DNA from: Patescibacteria group bacterium
GTDB taxonomy: Bacteria; Patescibacteriota; Minisyncoccia; Phycocordibacterales; Phycocordibacteraceae
NCBI GenBank assembly: GCA_004322365.1
Contig: SCTS01000007.1
Coordinates: forward strand, 18,266-82,265
Length of the DNA stretch: 64,000 bases
Direction of reading: 5' to 3'
The position numbers and the translations under genes were made by a program. Shown one piece after another: positions 10,701 through 19,953 of the stretch (positions within the stretch are counted from its first letter, which is position 1; each line of letters opens with the position of its first letter). The notes beneath the pieces are model-generated. The model had not been told where the DNA came from. It searched no databases and worked only from the letters and a program-made list of their open reading frames with translations.

Positions 10701-11208
10701 TTGGTGTTGTCACTACTGGAGTGGAACCACCTGAAGTCTTGCCGAATGCTGCGCGAGAGATCGCACCGAAGTAGCCAGCTGCAGGAGAAACTCCTGCTGC
10801 CTTCTGCCATGCGATAACTGCAGTCACAGTCTGGGAACCGAAGTAGCCAGTTGCGCCTGCTGGAACCGAGTAGCCAGCTGCAATGAGTGCCTTCTGAAGA
10901 CAAGTTACATCGTCACCTTTCGAGCCAACCGTGAGGTTTCTCGTGAAGGTACAACCGCCTGTCATTGAGCCGCCAGTCGAGCCCCCTGTTGGAGCTGTCC
11001 CATTGAGAGACGCACTAACGTTCGCGATAGTCGAAGCGTCAGCACCGAATGACTGCAAGAGAGAAACGATAGCTGAGATTTGCGAACTTGTGAGCGTTGC
11101 GGCTTCTGCCTTAGACGCTGTGAAAGTGAATGCAAATCCAGCTACCAACGAAACTGCAACGACGATCGCCGCAACTTTCGTGAGAGAACTGTTTACAATT
11201 GAAGTCAT
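7711..11208 (-). CDS. large secreted T/S/G-rich surface protein with peptidoglycan-binding domain (S-layer-like candidate)
   Basis: Signal peptide ending AEA; 'FTRNLTVGSKGDDVTCLQKAL...GYFGSQT..AVIAWQ' PG-binding motif; repeated beta-rich modules. Confidence 0.8.
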   Translation of the reverse strand: MTSIVNSSLTKVAAIVVAVSLVAGFAFTFTASKAEAATLTSSQISAIVSLLQSFGADASTIANVSASLNGTAPTGGSTGGSMTGGCTFTRNLTVGSKGDDVTCLQKALIAAGYSVPAGATGYFGSQTVTAVIAWQKAAGVSPAAGYFGAISRAAFGKTSGGSTPVVTTPTGTGLAVAAGTQPANSLSPQGASRVPFTRFTLTAGADGDVVVNGVTVQKDGLGQDAAFAGIVLIDESTGLQLGIAKTLNSNHQTVVGGTFTVAKGTTKTFLIAGNMASSLTSYTGEAPGLALVAVNTSATVSGSLPIVGAHNTNNATLTVGSITLNTSNAFASNSNQTKEIGTTAFKATGLRLTAGSAEDLRLKSIRWNQTGSVSATDIANVMTVVNGTAYPATVSSDGKYYNTNLGSGVVIPKGNQVDLYVQYDIIGAGAANRTVVFDVDKTTDIYATGETYGYGVSPAVGSSAVPSSRGTITITSGTPFVYATQVTVSGASITSIGKANEVPAQNIAINLPNQPLGGYVVDLKGEAMTVQSTVFTIASTTGSGTGLLTNLTIVDQNGAVVAGPVDAVYASATTQTATFTDSITYKVGRGVYTLRGKVASNIGNGGTYIVTTVPSSGWTNVKGETTGNTISLSSNGTFTMNTMTVKAGAVAVGLATSPASQNITAGGSQTLFVNFQYDATQSGEDVRFSSIPTTLTFGGSAAVTELTACAAYDGTTQLSTGSNVVNPSGSTGATQTFTLDNPVTVAKGTVKTIGIKCNVSGSATNNGTWAWDAGAASAYTFTGATSGTTITGTDTSDSGVTMTVAAGSATVALDASSPSFALVSAGSTDVVVGALKFRASNEAVNLTKVGLTLTNTASSSSSDLVKATIWNGATKVGEAYFSGSNASATSTLTSIVSLQKNTDVTLTIKADLNNVGTGEAVAFSGHLLAVDYLNSEGTGASSGSTIYPSGSSASSGVRIMKSFPTFALDSTINGTTGLTDGRLMRFKVTADAKGPLGITQFALNLATTTASVTNVTIYGFSDSAYSQAISGISTSGDLQATDDATVPGTGNVVVGVTTSAGTATSIQIPAGGTRYFEVRGSISGSATGASVTTKLLGSSAFPSTAAAVGANPLLIASASGVSSSDNVFVWSPNSTTTAVRADQDWTNGYGVSGLPAGGLFATRSH

Positions 11209-12089
11209 AGATACAATAATAATTTTCTAATTTTTGACGCCACACTCATTCACGCTTGAATTAAATAAAACGCGAGAATCAGTGGTGCGGGTGCGTGGAC
11301 GCAAATCATTCGTTCGACCGAATAATTCACGACCCGCCGCATACCTGTTAATAAGTACGACTAAGAGTCGTCCTTTCTACCGTCGCTCGTTCGGAAGAAA
11401 AATAAAATTTCTCTTCCCTCACTCGCTAGGTAGTAAGCATAACGAGATGTTATACCTCCTGTCATTTTCTGTTCGCGAAAGAAATAGAATTTCTTTCTAC
11501 TCACTTGAACGACAACAAAGAACAACTAATTTTCTGTCTTCCGTATTGAATCTAGAAAAATTTTCTAAACTTTTTTCAGAAGACAGCACAACTAAAGTCC
11601 ATCAACCCGTTCGCATTATTTCTAATGCGAACGGGACCAATGGTAAGAAGAAAAATGGTCGTGCGGGATATAGCCGTGGTGGGGTAGCGCTTCCTTACAG
11701 TGATGTACGCATGCTTCATCTATTACAACGAAACCAAGGCGCACGCTTGAGATGTATTCCGGATATGAAAGATGTCAAAGTTCTGTTCGACCGGAAGCGC
11801 GCCACACAGTGCGCAACCGAACACCCAGTATGGGAGTTCACCTATTATACGCGCCCATTCCGCTCTACATATTAGAACAGAGGGTTTATATATGTGGACA
11901 ACATAGACGACAAAAATCCCGTTTCCGGGTTTATTGCTGTCTATAGGATCGTGCCATCCACATGAGAGATACTATCTGAAATAAGGCTTAAAAGCAAGCC
12001 AAACATCTAGAGGCTTTCAGGTGTCAGGTTTCAGGTTTCAGGTTTCAGGTTCTAAGAAAGTTCTCTAAACGCTGACCACTAAATCCTCT

Positions 12090-12830
12090 CTATGCCTTCC
12101 TGTACGTACTCCATCTACGCTCCCCTTCCTTTATAAGGGCGCCTGACTGAACAAGAGACAGAAGCTCTCGTTGCACTGTCTTTTCGCTACAACCAACGAC
12201 TGATGCGGTAATGTCCTTTATAGAAAGTTTGTCTTTATTTTTGAAAACAGCCAGAACCAATTCCCTTCTATCGGACTGTCTTTTTTGAGGGGCGATTCTC
12301 AGAGTATTGTTTTTTATTCTGAGAGAATCTAAAGGACTTTTTGCAACATGTCCTATAGAAAAACTATTCGGAGTCTCTAGGTCAGAGAGAGCTTCTTCTA
12401 TCCGACCAACATGTTCAGAAATCTTCTCTTGATTGTCTCGGACAAAAGAAGCGAGCGAGGCATATTCATCTCCTATAAGTTTTGCATTCATCGCCGATAT
12501 CAACCCCCCAGCTTTTGCAGTCTCAAGTATTGCACCTATCTCCATGCAACGAGCACCAAAAGACTCTATGCTAGCTCCGTGAAGTTTTGCCTGATCTGTT
12601 GATCGATTAAGAAGGTCAAGTGCACATGAACGGAGACGCCCTCGTGCAGGTTCATCAGGAGACAGGAAACCAGTAATTACATATAGGGCCGAAGCGAGTC
12701 TCTCTGACTTTTTAACAACAAAAGCATGATGTCCGTTAGACAAAAGATGTCCCAAATGGAAAGAAGCGCTCACACTAAGAGGTTTCTTATTTGTCTGATT
12801 ACCTTGGTTGTCTTTTATACTATCGGACAT
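12090..12830 (-). CDS. conserved protein with C-terminal DeoR-like winged HTH
   Basis: 'KKSERLASALYVIT' helical N-domain; C-terminal 'LSIKDI...CSEKTVQRELLSLVQSG..KEGERRWSTY'. Start adjusted to ATG 12830. Confidence 0.75.
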   Translation of the reverse strand: MSDSIKDNQGNQTNKKPLSVSASFHLGHLLSNGHHAFVVKKSERLASALYVITGFLSPDEPARGRLRSCALDLLNRSTDQAKLHGASIESFGARCMEIGAILETAKAGGLISAMNAKLIGDEYASLASFVRDNQEKISEHVGRIEEALSDLETPNSFSIGHVAKSPLDSLRIKNNTLRIAPQKRQSDRRELVLAVFKNKDKLSIKDITASVVGCSEKTVQRELLSLVQSGALIKEGERRWSTYRKA

Positions 12831-13130
12831 ATATAAAACGCTATCGGTCTTTAATTTCAAGGTCAGTTTACCTCTAAGACCTTGTCCTTTGCAAGGATCC
12901 GCCCATCTAAACCCCGGGACCATCTACGGAAGAAACCTCAAATTAATCGGGGCAGAAGCGAATTACATACAGAAATATAGACGCATATGTCTAGTGTAAA
13001 TATAGGAGGTTTGCATAATAAAATTTTTAAAAATAGTCTGAAGCGGTGAGTATTTAATCTCTTTATTATTCTTCGTTACTCCTGCATTTTTTTGCATAGA
13101 GTCCGTATGAGACCATGCTAAAATCCATCA

Positions 13131-15329
13131 ATGGCAAAGAAAAAAAGAGAGAAGAATGGTAAGAAAAAATCTGGTATTCCTACCCCCTCTCTTTCGCTCA
13201 ATCTGAAACCAGAAACCACGAAGAGCATCTACGGTATTCTTGCCATGGTTGCGGCGGCACTCTTTTTGTTAGGCCCTCTTGGCAAAGGTGGGCCTGCTGG
13301 CAATTTTATTTATGAAGCCCTGAGTTCTTTTTTTGGCATCGGATATTTCCTTATTCCGGTGTCATTACTTTTGTTAGGTATCGGATTATTTAGACAACGA
13401 GAGCATCCGGGCTTCGGTGGTACACGGGTCTTCGGCGCATCGATTCTTTTTCTTTCTGGCATTGCCATACTCTCACTTATTGATAACCATGGCGGACTTG
13501 CAGGACATTGGATTGCCCTCCCTTTCACTTCACTTTTTGATATCACTCTCGCCTCTATTATTCTTGGAGGTATCGCCGTTGTAGGGACTCTTCTTGCTCT
13601 TGATACACCGCTTGGTATCCCGCACTTTGCGATGCCACAATTTCAATTTCCTTGGTCAAAGAAAGTGCTTGGAGATACATCAGAAAATACGGGTGGTGGC
13701 GATGACGAAATAAAGATAGCAACCCCTGAAAATGAAGTGGAGGACGAGAAACCAATTCGAAAGGAAAAAATAAAAGAAAAGAAAATAGAAGCCGAGCCAG
13801 AGGCAAGCTTTGCCTTTGCTCCTATTGGGCAAGCATATAACCCTCCCCCACTTTCACTATTGGAACGAGATAAAGGGAAGCCCGACAATGGCGACATTAA
13901 AGCAAACGCCAATCTCATCAAACGAACACTCCAAAACTTCGGTATCACTGTAGAGATGGACGAGGTATCTATCGGCCCTACCGTGACCCGCTATGCACTC
14001 AAACCTGCGGAGGGCGTGCGTCTTCAAAAAATACTCGCTCTTCAAAATAACCTCGAACTTGCACTCGCTGCACACCCTGTCCGTATTGAAGCCCCAATAC
14101 CTGGAAAGTCTCTCGTGGGTATTGAAGTGCCTAACACTAAAAAATCAACAGTGGGCTTGGGGTCACTCCTTGGAGACACTAAGTTTGAAAGCGATAAACG
14201 ACCTCTGATGGTTGCTCTTGGGCGTGACATCGCGGGAGCATCACATTTTGCGAACATCGGTAAGATGCCTCACCTCCTCATTGCAGGTGCAACAGGTGCA
14301 GGAAAATCAGTGTCAATTCATGCACTCATTACTTCCCTACTCTACAGAAACGGCCCTTCGGCACTTCGCTTCATCATGATTGATCCAAAGCGCGTGGAAC
14401 TCACTCTCTACAACCCTATCCCCCATCTTCTTACGCCGGTCATTACCGACCCAAAGAAAGCAATCCTCTCTTTGAAGTGGGCAGCGAAAGAAATGGAACG
14501 ACGCTACACGATTCTTGAGACGCACGCAGTCCGCGATGTGCAGTCGTACCACGAAAACATCGCATCAAAATGGAAGCCTTCAGCGGGTTCGACAGCCTCA
14601 CCGCAGGCAGGAAACGAGATGCCGGATCAAATGCCCTACATCGTGATTGTTGTCGACGAGCTTGCTGACATCATGCAAACATACCCACGAGAGCTCGAAG
14701 CTGCTATTGTGCGCCTCGCTCAAATGAGCCGTGCTGTTGGTATCCACCTAATTCTTTCAACGCAACGCCCCTCAGTGAATGTCATTACAGGGCTCATTAA
14801 GGCAAACGTACCAGCGCGTATCGCCTTGCAGGTGGCTTCACAAATTGACTCACGCACCATTCTCGATGCAGCAGGCGCAGAAAAACTCCTTGGTGCTGGT
14901 GACATGCTCTTCCAATCTGCCGATATGTCAAAACCACACCGTATTCAAACTGCATTCATTTCTGAAAGCGAAGTAAAAACAGTTGTGGAATACATCAGGA
15001 AACACAACGAACCATCGCTCGACTCCATTACTCTCTCGAGCAATACACCAGATTCTCCGAATGCAATATTCTCAGCGTCGCTCGAAGACGATGATGTCGA
15101 TGACGACCTATTTGCTGAAGCAAAACAAATTGTAGAAGAAGCTGGGAAAGCTTCGACCTCATACCTGCAACGAAAACTCCGCATCGGCTATGCTCGCGCT
15201 GCGAGACTTATGGATATTCTTGAAGATAAAGGAATTATAGGAGCGGCAGATGGTGCGAGACCTCGCGATGTCCTCACTACATCGGAAGGAGAAACGACCA
15301 TGACTGAAGAAAACAATGGCACCGCGTAA
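13131..15329 (+). CDS. ftsK: DNA translocase FtsK/SpoIIIE
   Basis: N-terminal TMs, Walker A 'AGATGAGKS', 'IVVDELAD', 'TQRPS', gamma domain 'STSYLQRKLRIGYARAARLMD'. Confidence 0.97.
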   Translation: MAKKKREKNGKKKSGIPTPSLSLNLKPETTKSIYGILAMVAAALFLLGPLGKGGPAGNFIYEALSSFFGIGYFLIPVSLLLLGIGLFRQREHPGFGGTRVFGASILFLSGIAILSLIDNHGGLAGHWIALPFTSLFDITLASIILGGIAVVGTLLALDTPLGIPHFAMPQFQFPWSKKVLGDTSENTGGGDDEIKIATPENEVEDEKPIRKEKIKEKKIEAEPEASFAFAPIGQAYNPPPLSLLERDKGKPDNGDIKANANLIKRTLQNFGITVEMDEVSIGPTVTRYALKPAEGVRLQKILALQNNLELALAAHPVRIEAPIPGKSLVGIEVPNTKKSTVGLGSLLGDTKFESDKRPLMVALGRDIAGASHFANIGKMPHLLIAGATGAGKSVSIHALITSLLYRNGPSALRFIMIDPKRVELTLYNPIPHLLTPVITDPKKAILSLKWAAKEMERRYTILETHAVRDVQSYHENIASKWKPSAGSTASPQAGNEMPDQMPYIVIVVDELADIMQTYPRELEAAIVRLAQMSRAVGIHLILSTQRPSVNVITGLIKANVPARIALQVASQIDSRTILDAAGAEKLLGAGDMLFQSADMSKPHRIQTAFISESEVKTVVEYIRKHNEPSLDSITLSSNTPDSPNAIFSASLEDDDVDDDLFAEAKQIVEEAGKASTSYLQRKLRIGYARAARLMDILEDKGIIGAADGARPRDVLTTSEGETTMTEENNGTA

Positions 15330-15708
15330 ATTTATTGCATTCACTCCTAGACGCACCGTCCTCTTTATTGGCGGAGTCGCCCTTCTAATAATTCTGGGTT
15401 ATAGCGCGTACGCAGCACTTCCCCTCATTCAAGGACCCTCACTCACCGCCACGGCAACTGTAGATACAACTACAATCTTAGTAAGTGGTATGACACGCCG
15501 TGTCGCATTCTTGGAGGTAAACGGTGCACCTGTTCCTTTACAGGAAAATGGGAGTTTTTTGGCAAAGCGCGCATACCCTCCGGGGTATACTGCCATCACC
15601 GTAACGGCACGAGACCGTTTCGGGAAAGTTGTTACAAAAAAACTCTCGTTACTTAGTCCAAAGCAAGAGCATCCCTCCATTACAAAAGTAGAAGCGCCTA
15701 TTAATTAG
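15316..15708 (+). CDS. membrane-anchored protein with Ig-like domain
   Basis: TM helix then 'GP.L...VNG..V..ENGSF...[15 protein letters not shown]'; overlaps the ftsK end. Confidence 0.7.
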   Translation: MAPRKFIAFTPRRTVLFIGGVALLIILGYSAYAALPLIQGPSLTATATVDTTTILVSGMTRRVAFLEVNGAPVPLQENGSFLAKRAYPPGYTAITVTARDRFGKVVTKKLSLLSPKQEHPSITKVEAPIN

Positions 15709-15727
15709 AATCAATAATCTGGTCACT

Positions 15728-16786
15728 ATGGCAATAAAAAAGAAAGCAGAAAAAGTATCCAAACCTCCCGTAACCTCAAATCAAACAGGTGGCCAGAGTA
15801 CCGTCGATAGAAAAGCTGCGATCAGTGAAGCAATCGCAAGTATAAAAACAAAATTCGGTGATGAATCAATTACAACGCTCGGTGCAAAACCAAAAGTTGG
15901 TGTTGATGCTATCCCCACAGGCTCTATTGGACTCGACTGGGCGCTCGGCATCGGCGGAGTCCCCCGAGGTCGCATCATAGAAATTTTTGGACCTGAATCA
16001 TCTGGAAAAACAACTCTTTCTTTACACATCATCGCAGAGGCTCAGAAAAAAGGTGGCATTTGCGCATTCATTGATGCAGAGCATGCGCTCGACCCAGAGT
16101 ATGCAAAAGTTCTTGGCGTTAAGATTGAAGACCTCCTCGTGTCGCAACCTGACACTGGTGAGCAATCGCTTGAAATTACTGAGAGTTTGGTACGCTCAGG
16201 AAAGATAGATGTGGTAGTCGTTGACTCTGTTGCAGCACTCACACCAAAAGATGAAATTGAAGGAGAGATGGGTCAACAACACATGGGCAAACAAGCACGA
16301 CTTATGTCGCAGGCACTTCGTAAACTCACTGCCATCGTTGCTAAATCAAAAACGACCGTTATCTTCATCAATCAGATACGCATGCAAATTGGCGTTATGT
16401 TTGGCAACCCAGAAACAACCCCGGGAGGAAAAGCCTTGAAGTTCTATACATCAGTACGTCTCGATATTCGTCGTATTGCACAAATAAAAAAAGGTGAAGA
16501 AATTGTTGGTGGGCGTGTACGAGTGAAAGTGGTAAAAAACAAAATTGCTGCGCCATTCAAAGTGACGGAGTTTGATCTCATGTACAACGAGGGTATCTCT
16601 CGTGAAGGAGAGTTAATAGCCTTGGGTGAGAAGTTTGGCCTCGTTACAAAATCTGGCGCCTCATACAAGTACGGCGAGGAGTCATTGGGTCGTGGCTATG
16701 ATGCAACACGAACCTTCCTCAAAGAAAATCCTAAAATAGCAGGAGAAATTCTTAAAGCCATTCGAGCAAAGTTCTTGGAAGCATAG
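15728..16786 (+). CDS. recA: recombinase RecA
   Basis: 'GPESSGKTT', '[10 protein letters not shown]', '[12 protein letters not shown]', 'FINQIRM'. Confidence 0.99.
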   Translation: MAIKKKAEKVSKPPVTSNQTGGQSTVDRKAAISEAIASIKTKFGDESITTLGAKPKVGVDAIPTGSIGLDWALGIGGVPRGRIIEIFGPESSGKTTLSLHIIAEAQKKGGICAFIDAEHALDPEYAKVLGVKIEDLLVSQPDTGEQSLEITESLVRSGKIDVVVVDSVAALTPKDEIEGEMGQQHMGKQARLMSQALRKLTAIVAKSKTTVIFINQIRMQIGVMFGNPETTPGGKALKFYTSVRLDIRRIAQIKKGEEIVGGRVRVKVVKNKIAAPFKVTEFDLMYNEGISREGELIALGEKFGLVTKSGASYKYGEESLGRGYDATRTFLKENPKIAGEILKAIRAKFLEA

Positions 16787-16816
16787 CCTCTCTAAGGAGG
16801 TACGGGAAAGTATTGA

Positions 16817-17143
16817 TTACTGCACTGAAAGCTGTGTATTCCCTGCTCGACGTACCACATCAACTCCAATCCATGCTGTGAGCAAAACGGCAACGAGAAC
16901 GCATAGTTGCACAACAAGCGTTGTTCCAACAATGGCAACAACTACAAAGTTTATAAGTCCAGAAATGCCCTCTACATTGAGGGCATTTTGTACGACATGC
17001 GGCAAAGATACCGATGAGGCAAGGGCAAAAAAGACAGTCGCAAGGGCAGCAAAGCGCACCATTGGGCTCGTAAGTTGACGCACTACATACAGGCCGTACA
17101 CACGGCGCATAATTCTTTTTCTCAATTCTTGATCTCTATCCAT
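16817..17143 (-). CDS. small membrane protein, possible anti-sigma partner
   Basis: Hydrophobic helices; immediately downstream of the ECF sigma gene. Confidence 0.6.
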   Translation of the reverse strand: MDRDQELRKRIMRRVYGLYVVRQLTSPMVRFAALATVFFALASSVSLPHVVQNALNVEGISGLINFVVVAIVGTTLVVQLCVLVAVLLTAWIGVDVVRRAGNTQLSVQ

Positions 17144-17163
17144 ATATAAAAATAGTTACTAAA

Positions 17164-17793
17164 TTATTCTACCGAACCCATACTTTCTCGCAATACTGCT
17201 TTTGCACGATGCACCCTCGTTTTTACCGCAGGAACACTCGTGCCCAATTTCTCTGCTATCTCCGCATACGGCAAGCCTTCAATGAAAGCGAGTTTGAGTA
17301 TTTCAGCAACATGCTCTGGAACTTTAGAAAGCCCCTTCTCTATTACTTCCCTTGCGTACTCTTGGTGACCCTCTTTCGCGTGAATTGATGGATCGGCAAG
17401 AGATTCATAGTGTTCGGAAGTTAATTCGGCAAAACTTTCTCTACCACGAGCAATTTTACGATAGTGAGTTCGCGCAACATTCATAAGAATAGTAAGTGAC
17501 CATGCACGAAATGAACCCGACTCTCCCTTAAAGCGCGGAGCAAAACGGTACACACGAATGAACGCTTCTTGCACTACATCTTCAGCGGCATCCCGACTAC
17601 CAACGATTCCCTGAACTCTGCTCAAAAATTGCGACTGATAGCGAGCAACAAGAATTTCAAATGCGCTCGGGTTTGACAGCGAACGTGCAAGAAGTGCCTC
17701 ATCGGGCATACTCATAAGTTCATCCATACTGCGTATACTAAACCCTATAGGGAGAGTTTGAGCAATAGCTGTTGCTTTTGGTATAGTACTCAT
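17164..17793 (-). CDS. ECF-type RNA polymerase sigma factor
   Basis: Region 2 'AEDVVQEAFIRVY...SFRAW' and region 4 'GLPYAEIAEKLGTSVPAVKTRVHRAK'. Confidence 0.93.
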   Translation of the reverse strand: MSTIPKATAIAQTLPIGFSIRSMDELMSMPDEALLARSLSNPSAFEILVARYQSQFLSRVQGIVGSRDAAEDVVQEAFIRVYRFAPRFKGESGSFRAWSLTILMNVARTHYRKIARGRESFAELTSEHYESLADPSIHAKEGHQEYAREVIEKGLSKVPEHVAEILKLAFIEGLPYAEIAEKLGTSVPAVKTRVHRAKAVLRESMGSVE

Positions 17794-17924
17794 TGTTAGA
17801 CGCTTAGGCGCCTTTATTAATACTCATTAGGCAGGTTCTAGGTGACAGGTTCTAGGTTCTAGGTTCTAGGGACAGCAAACTACAATCTATACTTCTGCAT
17901 ACTACCCGCTATAATCTAACTCCC

Positions 17925-18500
17925 ATGTCTGTACTTTCATACAACGAAATCATTCCTAAGAAAATAATCGTCCACGAAGGACAGCCTTTTGAAGTGCTTT
18001 CTTCACACGTATTTCGTAAACAACAACGAAAGCCTGTAAACCAAACAAAACTCAGAAACTTGAAAACGGGGAAAGTGCTTGAAATATCATTTCATCAAGC
18101 GGAAACCGTATTGGAAGCGGACATGGAAAAACGCTCAGCAAAATTCATCTATAAAAATCGTGGCGAAGCGTGGTTTACCGATCCGGAAAATCCAAAAGAT
18201 CGTTTTGTGGTAACCGAGGGGATTCTTGGAGACAATGGACAGTATTTGAAACCTGATTTACTTGTAGAACTTTTGGTATGGAATGAAGAAATCATTGGTG
18301 CACGATTGCCAATAAAAATGGAATTCAAAGTGGTTGAGGCTCCCCCATCGGTCAAAGGTAATACAGCGCAGGGTGGTACGAAACTAGTTACACTCGAAGG
18401 TGGAGCAACGGTAAATGTGCCTATGTTCATCAACGAGGGTGACATTGTCAGAATAAATACTGAGACTGGAGAATATAACGAAAGAGTAGAGAAAGCTTAA
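17925..18500 (+). CDS. efp: elongation factor P
   Basis: 'KGNTAQGGTK..TLEGGATVNVPMFINEGDIVRINTETGEY.ER'. Confidence 0.95.
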   Translation: MSVLSYNEIIPKKIIVHEGQPFEVLSSHVFRKQQRKPVNQTKLRNLKTGKVLEISFHQAETVLEADMEKRSAKFIYKNRGEAWFTDPENPKDRFVVTEGILGDNGQYLKPDLLVELLVWNEEIIGARLPIKMEFKVVEAPPSVKGNTAQGGTKLVTLEGGATVNVPMFINEGDIVRINTETGEYNERVEKA

Positions 18501-18555
18501 GGAAGGTTCTAGGTGCTAGCTTCTAGGGACTAAATTTTAATCCAAGAGATTAGCT

Positions 18556-18587
18556 ATAAAAAAAATCCCTCTGACGAGGGATTTTTT
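18556..18587. terminator. bidirectional terminator between efp and rpsR
   Basis: AAAAAATCCCTC-TGAC-GAGGGATTTTTT. Confidence 0.85.
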
Positions 18588-18598
18588 AGTTTGGATGC

Positions 18599-18781
18599 TT
18601 ATTGTGCGATGTATGGGAGAAGTCCCATGAAGCGAGCGTGCTTGATAGCTTTCTCAATCTTGCGCTGATGGCTTGCTGGCATACTTGTTCGGCGAGCGCC
18701 TTGGATACGAGCATGTGGCGTAATAAACCCTTTAAGGTATTGGGTGTTCTTGTAATCAACGTATTTTGGAAGTGAACTCAT
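18599..18781 (-). CDS. rpsR: 30S ribosomal protein S18
   Basis: 'VDYKN...L..FI...RI...R.T...HQRKIEKAIKHARFMGLLPY'. Confidence 0.96.
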   Translation of the reverse strand: MSSLPKYVDYKNTQYLKGFITPHARIQGARRTSMPASHQRKIEKAIKHARFMGLLPYIAQ

Positions 18782-18840
18782 ATTTTTATTATTTTGGATT
18801 TAAAGCTGAAAGCTGGCACCTGAAACCTGAAAGCTATTAA

Positions 18841-19293
18841 TTAAAATGGAATATCGTCAGGGCTTATTTCTTCGGCAGGATACTCGATATCGGGACCTTT
18901 GTCACTCCCCGCCTTACCAGGCTTCATTGGAGCACCATCACCGCGCACCTCGTCGCTTCCCCCACCACCAGTCTTTGAGCCAAACTGAACGCGCTCTGCA
19001 ACGATTTCTGTTCGGTACTGCTTTGCACCATCTTTGTCCCAAGAACGAGTCTGAAGTCGGCCTTCAACGAGAACCTGCTGACCCTTTTTCAAGTACTGAG
19101 CACAGGTTTCTGCCTGACGACCGAAAACAACGATGTTATGAAATTCTGTCGCCTCTTTCTTTTCACCATTCTGATCTTTCCATGTGCGATTTGTTGCAAC
19201 ACCGAATGAAGAAACATTCGCACCAGATGGGAGCGCCTTTAACTCTGGATCACGAGTGAGGTTTCCTGCGATGAAAACTTTATTGAGATACAT
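18841..19293 (-). CDS. ssb: single-stranded DNA-binding protein
   Basis: 'LNKVFIAGNLTRDPE...VEGRLQTRSW...DDIPF'. Confidence 0.98.
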   Translation of the reverse strand: MYLNKVFIAGNLTRDPELKALPSGANVSSFGVATNRTWKDQNGEKKEATEFHNIVVFGRQAETCAQYLKKGQQVLVEGRLQTRSWDKDGAKQYRTEIVAERVQFGSKTGGGGSDEVRGDGAPMKPGKAGSDKGPDIEYPAEEISPDDIPF

Positions 19294-19340
19294 GTGAGTT
19301 AGTTTCGGATGACAGGCTTCAGTTAAACATCTAACAAGAA

Positions 19341-19880
19341 CTATTCAGCAACCTTTGCGTCCTCTGTAGCAATACTTTCAAGAGCTTGATCGAGGGCAAC
19401 CTCAGACATTTCGCCTCCTACCTCAGCCTCTCGTTTTGGCTTATCAATAGAACCTGATGGACCTGCAACTGCACCACTCAAAGCTGCTGCTACTGCCTCT
19501 CTATCAGTTACTACGATGAGTGAGCGGAGAATTGATGGGTTTGCATCCAATGCTATTTTTACGCGAGCAATTGCCTCACGAGGAGCCTCAAAAGCCATCC
19601 AGCCAAAGTATGCCGCGTTAAAATTCGTCAATTTACCGTTTACACGCTTTGCGATGGTGTATGCGAGAGCAATGTTTGAAGGAAATCTGTCCCCGACAAA
19701 AGTAACACTCTCTCCCTTGAGAGTTTCCATAATTCCCTGAACCGCTACCGTAACTTCCTCCTCAGAGAGCGTTGGCAACAGGTGGTAGCCTACTTCATAG
19801 ACATTTGTGCGGACATCATCTCCTTCATCTGAAAGAGCTGGGACTCCAGCCAAATCTTCTTCCAATATCTTTGTTTCCAT
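19341..19880 (-). CDS. rpsF: 30S ribosomal protein S6 with acidic extensions
   Basis: 'YEVGYHLLP...LAYTI..K...AYFGW..F...ILRSLIV' in rpsF-ssb-rpsR order. Start adjusted to ATG 19880. Confidence 0.9.
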   Translation of the reverse strand: METKILEEDLAGVPALSDEGDDVRTNVYEVGYHLLPTLSEEEVTVAVQGIMETLKGESVTFVGDRFPSNIALAYTIAKRVNGKLTNFNAAYFGWMAFEAPREAIARVKIALDANPSILRSLIVVTDREAVAAALSGAVAGPSGSIDKPKREAEVGGEMSEVALDQALESIATEDAKVAE

Positions 19881-19953
19881 TGTCCGAAGAGCGTACCATG
19901 GCTCGCCCATTGAGGCAACGGGCAGGTAGCTTACAGGTTCCAGCTGTCAGGTT

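Noticed and set aside
11234-11875. 213-aa plus-strand ORF
   Set aside because: TTG start, Arg/Ser-rich composition with no motif, and the region is dominated by hairpins; more likely non-coding, though not excluded.
3096-11962. oriC from scattered TATCCACA/TGTGGA-like boxes
   Set aside because: The matches are few, imperfect and dispersed, and dnaA is not in the window.
13005-13035. dif site near ftsK
   Set aside because: TTGCATAATA resembles a XerC arm, but there is no TTATGTTAAA XerD arm.
12011-17876. CRISPR array at the tandem repeats
   Set aside because: The units are 7 nt with no spacers, and no cas genes are present.
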